The position numbers and the translations under genes were made by a program. Positions 1-12,800 of a DNA stretch of 64,000 nucleotides are shown here, one piece after another. This DNA comes from Lingula anatina (lineage: Eukaryota > Animalia > Brachiopoda), in the NCBI GenBank assembly GCA_051362555.1, contig CM120641.1, positions 7,440,001 through 7,504,000 on the forward strand, written 5' to 3'. A model generated the notes under the pieces. That model saw only the letters and a list, made by a program, of their open reading frames with translations, made no database searches and was not told the origin of the DNA. Positions within the stretch are counted from its first letter, which is position 1. Each line of letters opens with the position of its first letter.

Positions 1-10
1 TTATAATTAC

Positions 11-3000
11 CTTAATAACTTTGAGCAATTTGTTGAACCTGTCCACCTCTTGTGTCAGCACTGTGGTCAGTGAATTTAACCGTCCCTTTGCATCAGCCTT
101 TGAAAGAAGATTGGCATACAGAGATTACAATATTAAAATGAAACTGATAGTCAAATGTTTGTTTATTCCAAAACATTTTTCATCTTTGAGTTGACACAAC
201 TTAAAAACACCTATTTCAACAACAGCTACCATTTCTACTCCAATCAGCCTCTTTTAAGAAGCTGGCTATCTTCAAGCATGTGTCAGATCTAAACTTTCGT
301 TATGAATGTACATAATGTATGCTTCCTAATTACATAACGAATGTGTCAGATCTAAACTTTCGTTATGAATGTACATAATGTATGCTTCCTAATTACATAA
401 GCTAAAATGAAGATGTTTTAACACAAAGTTTTATCCGTCAGGAAAAAAGGAAGACAAAAACTTACATCAAACATATCTTGTCTCGCATTCTCCATCTCAA
501 TATTTTCCACAATCTTGCCCAGAATGCTCTCAGCCAGTTCATACACTATGTCATCATTAGACTTGCCACCACTGCCTCCACCAAGACGGGGCTGAACATC
601 CAGAATTGTGCCAATGAGGGAGTTGGTTTCTTGACGCTGGAAGGAAAGAAATGGAAGGATATCTTTAGTGAAGTCATATTATGATTTTTTGCAAAGAATT
701 TGACCCAATTTTTTATGGTAAATGAAAAGAGAGATAAAAATCACTGTAGCTTATATTATGAGGTAAACCCCTATTTCTCTGACATTTCCTTTCACAATTC
801 AATTAATAAATGAGTCAAATACTACCTATGCTGGGCATGATATGACTATTTCTTTTATCTTAATATCCTTAACAATTATGGGATGATGCAAAATGTCTTA
901 CTTGGAAAGCAATATTAGCATTAATGTGCATGCCAAATATTTCTGGTTCATCAATCAGGGGTAACTCCTCTATGTATTGTCTGTAGTCATTCAATAAATC
1001 AGCGTCAGGAGAATAGTAGATACCTAGACATAAACCAAACACAAGTCAAACAAATTGCAAATATGTATGTATCTGGCAAATGCGAAACATTAATCCCTAA
1101 ATTAACAAAAATTACTAAATTCTTAAAAAACACGTCCAACAATTTTCATTTTTTTATTTGTATAACATATTAAATATGATAATAATAAATATCCCAATTA
1201 TATAACATCCTAAGTTCGAAAACATTTGATTTCTATTTAATACACAAGGCATCAAATAATCATTTGACATATTTCCTAATGGATTATTTTAATATTTCCA
1301 AACAATGCACTGCCGCTGTTTATACTTATTACTTTCTACAAACTTTAAAGTGCACTGGACATTTTTATGGATTTAAGACTTAATAAATATATCATGATTA
1401 TCATCAAAAATGTCTTACCAGATTCTGAATATTTGTATCCTTTCTCTAGAGATACAGGAGCAAAGAACCTCTTCAGCACGGTTCTCAGACATCTTTGATC
1501 AATGCCATCTGTGACACGTCCACCATAGGTGATCTGAAAGCAAAGATTGTTTCTTGTAATGTGGTAACTAAGATGGACATTTAATCTCATAACTTCTGCT
1601 TATTTCAATTCTCCGATCATTTTCCTGAGCTATATATATCATCCAAAAAGACTGTCAAGGAAGTATATGATTTTGAGATTACTGGCCTCTGATGGTCATC
1701 TCTGTATTTCATACCTCCACAGCTGCACAATAAAGGACACAAAAACAATCTAGTATCTAAAAATGGTTCTACGTATCGGTATATCAATACACATGTCAAT
1801 ATCTCACCTCTCCAGTAATATAAATGAGTGTGTCCCATGGAATCTCTCCATCAGCACAGAACATCTGCAGATTGAGGAGAGCACACTCGCGATCACTGTC
1901 ACTGAATTCATACTGTAATAAAAAATAAGTGTACATTAGAAAATACAAATATACCCCTGACAAAAAAAAAGATTGTATGGGTTTTAGCAAAATATTAGAT
2001 CAACGTTGGCCTCAAATTTGAACTATTCCTGTACAAAGCAAGATTTGGAAATACAATTTTTACCTTGATGTTCCAACCCAAGGGACCAAATTTCTTCCTC
2101 TCTTGGATAATGGCATGGAAGAAGCATATTCCAAACACAATCTTCCTCCATTCAAGACCAAGAACTGAAAAAGGCACAAAACTCTAAGTGATCTGTAGTA
2201 ACTTGATGGGTGAAAAAATAACTTTCATGTGAACTTTGGAGTGTTTTAATTGATTTAAAAGCAAGAACAAAGACATGACATTATTAGGTTATGCCAAATT
2301 AAATAATATATATTATTTCCTTGTTGACAAAACCGATTTTCTCATTCAGAACTTACTGTGTTCCTCAAAGAACTGTGGTGTTATTTCAGTAAATGCTCTC
2401 TTGATATTCGCCCTAAGTCCCTTGGGGGGCTCATTGGTGACCTTGACACTGTTCTGCAGCACAGAGACAGGGAAGTGTTTTGAGGGCATGGAGCTGAGGT
2501 ACAGGCGGAAATCCTCGTGGATATCATCTGGGGCCTCCTGTTGTCCCTTTACTATATTCTCCAGGGACAACATCCAGGAGGCTGCCAAGTGACAATTCTG
2601 AAATATTTAAAAGCAAACTTTATAATTTTGCTTCTTTTACTTCATTCAAATCTTTATCATATTCTGTGATTTTTAAAAATATATTTAAAAATAAAAATAG
2701 TTTCATTTAAAATTCACAAAATTACCTGTAAGAAGACCCAGTCTCCATTCTTGATAGATTCTGCAATCAACTTTTCAGCCACTGGACCTTGACCTTGCCC
2801 CAGGGAAATGGCCTGAATTCTGTAAAAACACAAATCATCGTTGAAACCTGACACAGAACTTTCAATGGCATCTATTATATTATTGATAAATAAATTTACT
2901 GGTATAAATGTCTAAAATAACTACATTCTTAACTTTAACTTACACATTCTTTTAATTATGAATCAAAGGATATTTTAATAGCTATAATACTATATGAATT

Positions 3001-6000
3001 TAGGGGCAGTATAAATCTTGCTCCAATAACAACACAATCATCCAAAAACTGAATTTCAAAGATGTTTTAATATCTTTCGAAAACTGAATTAATTTAGTTT
3101 TTCTCAAATTACATTTTCAATCATATTTCTTACTTGTCAGTGTATCCTCTCTCCCTGGCAAATCTTAAGAAGGCCCCCATGGGGTCAGAACCAGTGCTGA
3201 GCACAAACACCAGGGGGGTCACTCTGGTCATGTTCTCATACAGAGTGGCCAGGTCAACAGATGGACTTTCAACAAAGGACTGTCCAAGGTTCTGGCGGAC
3301 AAAGTTTGTGATGCTCAGCATGACCTGAACAAGGCAAAAAGGTACATAATGTATAAATAAAAATGTTGACATACTAAAAAGCAAATATGTAATATGGGAT
3401 GTCATTAATTATGGTATGTAATCTTTGAATTTACTGCAACTTAGCTGAAAATGGAACCAAAATTTAAATACAAAATTGAATTGCTAAATATTCATAATTA
3501 TAACAATATATTTTTACTGATGATCTACAACATTTAATGAATTGTCCTCCTTATGGTTTTCAATATTTTACCTTCTCTTCAGCAAAACACTTAATAGCAA
3601 CAAGTTTCTGGAAGCTAGTCAGTCTCATGTTCCAGTGCCCTTTAGTTTTGCCATCATCCTTTGGTGGTTCTTCTCCCTCTTTCAAGGGGGTTGGCTCTGG
3701 GGGCAGCGGGCCATAGGTGGGCCAGGTGTCAGGATTACAACTCACCTGGAATTTAAAAACCCAAATCAGTTCCTGAAAACTTTACATTTTTGCCTGTCTT
3801 ACTAAGCTTGTTCTTTCTTCCATCTTGGTCTGTTTTTTTTTTTTTCATGATATTCTCTTCAAATTTTTATTAATTTTTTATTAACATAACTGGTCTTTTG
3901 TTAGTATTAAAGTAATAGATTAATTGTGAAATTTCATTAATTTCGACAAAAACAATACTTATACAGAAATTAAATAAAAATTAAACATAACAATTTCAAA
4001 ATGTCTAAATCAAATATAAAAATCTATCAAAATACTGAAATGCCCTTCACAAACAAGAGATTAATATTCTTCAACTTTTTAAAAATTCATCTACTTACCC
4101 TGAGATCTCCCATCTCCACAAAGACAGGTGTGGCCATGATATCATTATGTATACCACTGAACACTGGCAGAGTGTCACTGAGGTCACACAGGGTGTTCCA
4201 GGTGCCTTGGTGGATCCAGTCCACATCTGGTTTTGGTGGACGTTGCTGAAAAACAAGACAAATCATTAGACCAAAAATATTAAGTTACACAGTATAGACT
4301 TAGACTAGATAAAATATTGAAAATGGGCTCATATTGTTTAATCAGATGTTGAAAAATTAAACTGATTGTTTTATTAATGGAATTCTTTATTGAAAAACCT
4401 AAATATCATGAGAAGCTTATTAGACATTGCAGGCAAAGATACCACTGAGGCACACTGGGTGCATTAATGTATATTTTCAATATAGTCTATCTACTATTAA
4501 CACTCTTTAATGGATTAACGGGTTTCATTCCTGATTTTAGAACATCCATGTTTGTATATGCTAAAACTCAAGATGACTACTTACTATTAAGATGCTAATG
4601 TCTCTCATGTAATACAGTATGTTTCTCTTACCTTGTCCATTCCTGCTGCCCCTCTGAGGAAGAAGTTCCACTCCTCTGGTGTAATCTCTCCTCTCTCACG
4701 CATGATCTCTCCACACAACATGAAGGAAAACACCAGTTTGTCCTTCTCAAATAAACCTCTGCAAAAGTAACCAGCAAATACTTGTGTTGACAAAATTCAA
4801 GAAAATAAGAAAAAAAATTACTAAAATCATTTTTGCAGCTCCAACTGTCCTTACATACTGTTATATTATGCAAGAAGATGCAGAAAAAACGCCTGGCAAA
4901 AGAAGAAAACTGACTAGGCATATAGTACATAGCTAATGTGTATAGCTGATGTCACTTAGCATAAAATAATAATAATAATGATAATTACCTGGCCACATTT
5001 TCATAGACCACCCTGGTAGTTGAGTCCAGCAGGATTTGTAACCTGACACTCAGATCATCACTCTTCTCACTGTTTTGGATGGTCATGTTGAAGAGCTGGA
5101 AAAAGTCACAAGAGACATTTTTAATATCATCAAGAAACACTGTAGCAATATATCCTTTATGAGTTGCCTGCCAAAATTCAACAAGTATGAAGTCTTATAT
5201 CTTATTGGAAATTTCAATGGTAGTCATTTTGGCTGTTTCAAATTGTTCAAGGTTTTTGTTAGGGCATTTAGGCTAAATTTACTGCCTATTGGACAATTAT
5301 AGCTCACCTGTTTAAAGTACTTCAATGAAAACTGGTACATGGGATCCACCTCCCCCATGTCTGCCACCACAAAGTACATGACAGAGCCCCTGGTGGCCAC
5401 ACTCCTGTATTTCTCTCTGGCAATGGTGATTTTCTCCTCAGTTTTCTCAGCCTCAGCCAGACGCTGAGTGATCACTCCAGATGTCACCTTGGACTCATTA
5501 AGAGTGTTGATCAACTCCTCATTGTCTAATATATTGCCCTCTGACTCAAAGAGCAGCTTCAAAATTCTGTCTTCTATTTGTTTCAGTTGGTTCTTGTCAG
5601 CATTGATTCTGACAATCAGTTGATTTCTCTGCTCCTCAAGGTCTGGTCTTTCCAAGCTCACAACCTCTCTGAAATGAGAGCAATAAAAAATTAAAAATAA
5701 TACTATGCTGATCAGCTTACAGATGATGTTCAATGATACAGCAAAATGGTTTGTATATCTAATTTAAGAAAATAAAGAAATTATAGGAAAAAAACAAACA
5801 TGATTCACTTTACAAAAACCACCACCATCACCATCTATTTATAATGATACCTTACAAAAAGAAAATAAGTGAACTTAAACAAGATATAAGACAAATTTAA
5901 TGGAGACGCATTACTGTAGAAAAATGCACTATTAAGGTGGTAATTGTGTACTCAAATAGCTATCTACACTCACTTTAATTTTTACTTTCTTTTCTATTAA

Positions 6001-9000
6001 AAGAGTTAGAGCTTCATTACTTGTCTAAACTCATCTAAAATAACTTAATGGATTATTTTTTTCAAAAAATTCTACTGCCTCCAACATACCCCAGCAGCTG
6101 GTCCTCAAGTCCAGATTTGGTGACAGTAAAGTTGATGATTGTAACCTTGATGCAGACCTCTGGCAAGTAGAGAGGATTGGACATCTTAGTGGTCATATAG
6201 AAGCGGAAATTTCTGTCATAATCAATGTCACTGTCTCCAAGGCGAATAAGCAGACGACCTCCCTAACAAGACAAAAATGATTCATAAATGAAAAAGCCAC
6301 AATCAAAAAAGAAGAAAAATATGTACCACAGAGTACAAATTCTATAGTTTAAATATAATTTACCTGTTAGAAACTAAAACAATGCACTGATCCAATACTT
6401 GGAAAAGAGTTAAATATTTCTTTCCACACGTCATGCTCAAAAAAAAAAAAAAAAAAAAAAACCTAATATTACCTGTATGAAAGTTTGTTTCAGCAGAACA
6501 GGTTCCAAGGCAGGATCCAAAGTTTCTCCAACATCCTCCATCAACACAGGCATACCAATACGGATACAGTTCTCTAGGGTTCTGAGGAAGGTCCCATCGG
6601 TCAGCTTGACCACCTTCAGGCCATTCCTGGCCTCTCTATTCCTGACCCATCTGTTTGCCTGCTCCTGGGGGTCAATCATCAGTGGCCATCTTCTACCACG
6701 GGTCACTAAGATGGCGTTCTCAGTGGACACCTGATCTCTGGGCAAACCATCCGTGTTCCACTGTCTGATTTCAAAGGGGTCAGCAAGGACACTGGCTAGT
6801 GTCATGCCATCTGTGATAGGAATGTCCAGTGATTTGCAGTGTTCTATCCAACTAGAGACCAGTTCTTGTCTGTAGACGCTAGTGAAGGCGCCATAGTATG
6901 CCACACAGGCTGCAGCCACAAATACATCACCTATCACGTTGCCAATCTGCACCTCAAAATCCTGTGAAAGCAAAAATGACAACATGAAACTGCATTAAAT
7001 GTACATTTATTCTATACATGTATCATAATTGCAACAACCTATAATATTTTTCAAAAAAAGAGTTGGCAGTAGTACATAAGTGTCGCATAAATCAGATCAT
7101 AATGCATACATATTTTTTTACCTCCGCCAAGGAGGTTATGTTTTCACCCCTGTCTGATAAGTTTTTGGTGGTGATCCGGATCAATAAGCAATCAATAATC
7201 AATAATAATCAAAAATTGCTGCCTTGGCAGAGGTCTGCGCTCTCAGAGTGCTTTTCTAGTTTTTTATTACATCGTTTCCCACTTACAGCAACATTCATCT
7301 CCCATCTATCTTTCTCATCTCCCAGAGCTGTAGTCAGCTTGGAGGCACGCTTCAAGCGCCCTGCGGTCTGGGCAAGTTTCTTCTCCAGGGTTCTCTTCTC
7401 ATTGATGCTGTCATCATAGCTTTTCTGCAGGGTGGCAATCTTCTCCTCCACAGCTGCCAGCTTGCTCTGCTTCTCCCTCAGTGTGCTCATTACAGCCTCT
7501 AGTTCTGACTCTGCAGCTGCTAGCCTGGGGAATGATGATCATGATGAAAATGACATTTCATTCAAATAAATGCATCTCTTATATTACATTAAACTAAAGT
7601 TTGGTTAAGGAAATTATAATCATTCCATTTTGTTAAAATTTACCACTGTATGTAAGTTTTCATAAGTAATTTTTTTAACTGACACACTAATTCTACGTTT
7701 TATGGCTTCATACAAAACTGTAATGGAAAACTGCATTATATCCCCGAAGCAGTAAAACTCTTAACAATGTATTTCCTGGAAAATCCCATGGTTAAACAAC
7801 ATGAATTGGTTTGTAAAATGTTGGAGCTTACTTTTGTCTCTTAGGCTCCACAGTTCTGTAGACTCTGGCATACAAATCCATGGCATTCACCCACATACAC
7901 AGTGATTTACAGGCCTAGAAATAATAATATCAAATATACCATAGCTCAATGCTGGCACATTCAAGCACTACAATCAGATGAGAACAATTCTGTTATGACT
8001 AAAGAATATAAATATATTTATTCTGGAACAATTTACCATTGATTTGAAATTAACATTTTTTTGCAATAATATCCAAACAGTATGAAAATTCTTTTCACAT
8101 ACATTTTCTATGTAAATAACAAACTATTATATTTTTATCATTAAATATGTATTTATAACCACATCATCCGTACCTTTGATACTTTCTCAACTGTCTCTGG
8201 ATTGAATTTGGGATTTTCGATATATTTCTTCAATTTTTTCAACATGGAGTCTGGAATGTTGTCTTTATCATAGTCGACCAATTTCTTTAAAAACTGAGAG
8301 TCACCAAGAACAGCTTTAGCAGATGCCCAGTCAGTTCTGAAAAGATATTATTCAAATACTTAATAAATTCCAGTTCAAAAACTACCAGACCCTACAAACA
8401 TTAGGACATGAAATTATTATAAGCTGTCTTCCGCATAAACCTAAATTAATGTTTATTTTATTTCTTACCAGTTATTTATCATGAGTATAAATGATCAGTG
8501 CTCAAATATTTTTGCTTACTGCCAATATTTAATATTAAATAATAGATATAAAAAACTGCAAAAGAGGTGTTTCAACTTACTTCTGTCCCAGTAAAATACA
8601 TACGGCTTCCATGACAGTCTGTACCAGCTCTGGGGGCTTGGTGAACACACGCACCTCAGAGATGTCATTCTTATCCAGAGCATCCAAAGCCTGAAATATA
8701 AAAACAATTGTTGTCAAATTAAACAAATTCAAGAATAAAATACAATGTAAATATATAAATACATCTAGATGACTTGTAAATTCCTTTGTAATAAAACAAA
8801 CCCACATACAAACCATCAAACATTCTATCATGACAACAGGTACGCATGGGTTTCAAATAAGATTTTTAACAATTGCACAATAATTTTTCTTGGATTTTTC
8901 TTCCTTGTCTCTGAAGAACATATTTTCTTTATAGTATATATTTAAATTTAGTGGTTCTTACTTTAGTTGCTGCACTAAGTGCAGGTAAAGCTTCATCCAG

Positions 9001-9867
9001 ATCTTTCTGAGCATCATCAGCAATGGCTTTAGTCTCCTCAGCTTTCACCTTGGCTACAGCTTCATCTTCCATGACTACTTTTCTCACCTACAAGAATAAT
9101 GACGAACTGATTATTTGTGTTATGGTTCAAAAGACTTTTTTCACATTAGTCTGCATTTCAGAATGGATAAAATCCAGCCTTTTGAGCTTCATACTCAAAA
9201 CACGCCATATATAAAATTTTCACACTGTAGCAGAAACAAGAGAAAATCTGTAGGAAAAAAATATGAGACCTATATTTCCAGTCCATCTCATATGAATAGA
9301 TATACCCATACTCTTGCTTTGATTTTCTTTTAGTAGATGAACACATTCTATTTATTTCTATGTATAATCTCTATACAAACTAATTTGTTTATTTCATTTC
9401 TCCACAGAAGTTGTCAAATATTTCAGATTCATTAAATCATTGTCACCCTGTATCAATACACTATGTATAGAGAAATAAAATAGAAAATGAACTTTACAGC
9501 CTATTACTTACAGCATCAGCTTTCTCCTGATCCACCACCAGTCTCTCCATGAGAGCATCTGTCTCCACAGATTTCTTCTTCAGCTCAGGCTCCAAAGCCA
9601 CCAGTTCCACCTGCATTTTGTCCACCAGTTCATTGGTCTCCAGAATCTTGATCAAACCATTCTTAACACGGTCACGAGCAGTCACCAGTTGCCTGGACAC
9701 AAAAGAGGAAGAAAAAACTGGGTCAACAGTGAGAATTCATAGTGAAAACATGTTCATGAAAAAATTGAATTGTTCATCAAATTTACTGACTCAAGTCTTG
9801 TAATAAAACAAACATGCTGGTGAAAATGGTGGCAAACAAAACAACCAAAACAAGCTCAAAAAAAATA

Positions 9868-9899
<32 letters not shown>

Positions 9900-12800
9900 A
9901 ATAAATAAATACATAATAATAATAAATAAATAAATAAAATTATAAATAAATATATATAACAGACAAACAAATTATTAAATGAAATTATTACATGGTAAAA
10001 AATTCAAATGTTATTAGATTTACGAAACTTGAATTGACAAATGACCACATACTTTTTCTTTTCTCCCAGCATGCTCATATAGAGATTGATAAGCTCCAGG
10101 TAACTGGTAGGTGTGGTGTAGTAGCGCCTCTTTAACTCTGTGTAGAACCTCTCAGACATTTCACTCACACTGGTGTGGATTTCACAGCACATCTCAGCAA
10201 CTTTTTGCTGTCAATTTTTAATTTGAAATATAATAACTATAAACAATACACAGACACCAATTATTATATCTAAGTGTTTGTTTTAATCAAAAAATCATTT
10301 CTGAATTCAATCTGAAATCAATAATTTAATACCAATAAGGTATAGATGTTTATTATATTTTATAATCCAAAAGCACAAGCGTGAGTGCATAAATATCAGA
10401 CATGTTAATGCAGATACATTCTTGGTATGAATAAGGTCAATTTAATCACTGTTTCATTAGCTACATCAGTAACAACTCTATAATATGAAAAATAGAAAAT
10501 CAAATATAAATTATTTCTCTCACCTTAAGATCATCTCTGCCAAGGTCAACATTAGCAAAGAATGAGTTAGACACTCCAAGCAGAGCTTCCCTGGGCCACT
10601 CAATAAACCAATCTATAGTACAGCAGTTCACCAGGGATGGGAACATACGGCAACGAGAACGGAAAGCATTGCCCACGGGACTCATACATAATACAATGTG
10701 AAGATTGTTCCTGTAAAGAGAGAGAGACTGATTAAATATACATGACATAAATGTGTACTGCAGTATTGGTCTGCATAAACATGTAATAGGACAGTGGTAT
10801 GGAAATTATCTAACTTTGAATCTGTGTGGTATTTGTCTGGGGTCTATATAACAATGGATCACATAAAAGTTAATGTATCTTGATGTTTGATGAAACAAAA
10901 TGAAATTTTCAGAAAAAATTACTAATATGGTGGGCTGACCAAGATCAGGATAATTTATGTATTCAAAGTTGAACCCGTTTGGTACGAAAATTTGACTGAA
11001 AATCACCTGACTCTATTGATAGCAAATTCATAGATGGCATCTCTGTTGCCCTCAGGTATCCCAGCCTCCTTTGCTCCAGGTCGACAGGCAATGATCAACC
11101 TTTCCAATTCATCTGATTCAAACAAGTTGGGAACTTCACCAGAGTTTAGGATGTTGTTGATGTCCTCCAGGAATTCTTCAACAACAATCTTTGGGAGAAA
11201 AATATATTTTTGGTATCATAAATATCATATTTTTGATATAATGTCTGAATAATTGAATAATAAGCAAGCCTATTTTAATCATTTTGACATTTTATCCTAC
11301 AAATACTGACACATTTTTTACGATGTATATCAATGTCTTTTTATTCATACAAATACCCATGACATACCTGAGTGTCCGTGAACAAGAACACCGTGTCTTG
11401 GTTTTGACTGCCAGCCAGATCATATAATTTCTTCAAGTCTTCATGGAATGCATCATAGCCGTAACCTCTGGACAGCTCAATTTGGAAGCACTGATAACCA
11501 CACATGTGGGAGGCCAACCTGAAAGTAGAAGAATACAAAATGATAGGGTTTTTCATTCTCAAAATATATTCTAAAAACATCAAATGATATTAAAAAAAAA
11601 AATGTAATATAAAAAAATCTTACTATATATCAGGTGCAATGCAATTCGAAAAACAATAATAATATGCATACTGAAACTTCTCGTACCTTGTCAGAGACTG
11701 TTTCCCAGTGCCTCCCACTCCCACCAACAAAGCATTGCCTCTTTCCTGACGAATCATACGGGCAATTCTTGACACATGTTCAATGGCATCCAAGAAAAAC
11801 ACCAGCTTCATTTCCTTAGAGCTGCTCATGTTGTAGTCATCTAAATACTGTTGATGATAAAAAGAGTGCATACAGCAATTGTCTTTATAATTAGGATTAA
11901 GTTAAATTAAATACTGCATAAATATTCCATTTTATGATTCAAAAGAGGGACCCCCCCCCCAAAAAAAAAAAATCTTATAGATATCAACACATCTATAAAT
12001 ACTTAACGGAAAGTTTCTAATTAGTTGTTACTTACATCTGTGAGCACACTGCGGATCTTGTCAATGTTACTGAGCTCTTCATACACTCTATCAGCTTTTT
12101 CTGCTCCAACTTTTATGAAGTCTCCAAAGATGATAGGATGTGTTGTGAAAGAGTCTGGGTCCACATTCTGTAGGAACAGAAAAAGGTTTTCATTCATGCA
12201 CTTTATGATACAATTCTAGATTCAGTTACAAAAATGAGGCGATTAACCTGTATATTTCATTTATTTTTCTCACTGAATAAGGAATCTGGGGCCATGTTTT
12301 GCTTTTATTCAACACAAATTTTTATCTATTTACTCTTATATAGAAAAGACAAAATCTAAAATTAAAAATGTATCAAAAATATTATTATTTCCAAGATAAT
12401 TCTAATATAAGAATTATATAGTATGAAATAAGTTAAGAATGTTTTTCCTCTCACCTGGCCAAAATGTTTTGATGCCATCTCAGCCATAATGGTATAGAAG
12501 TAGCTCTTGTCCTCATTGTTGATCAACCTGTCATGGAAGACACGCATAGCCTCATGACAGAACAGTCTGAAGATCTGGTTGTTATCACGAATGACACCAA
12601 CATCAGCTTGGAGAATACCTAAAAATGAAGACATTATGTGTACCATTATCTGTACAACATGATCAAATGCGATAGTTCATGAGGATTTATTTTGATTAAA
12701 AAAAAAAGACTAAATGAAATTTCACAACATGAATTGAATGTTAATTCAATAATTCAGATAGATAAATAGGAATAATGACTAATTTTACCCAGTAACTATC

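Noticed and set aside
10800-11000. Possible DNA-transposon fragment adjacent to a dynein donor (similar-looking remnant at ~50440-50640)
   Set aside because: No paired termini or TSD could be identified by eye.
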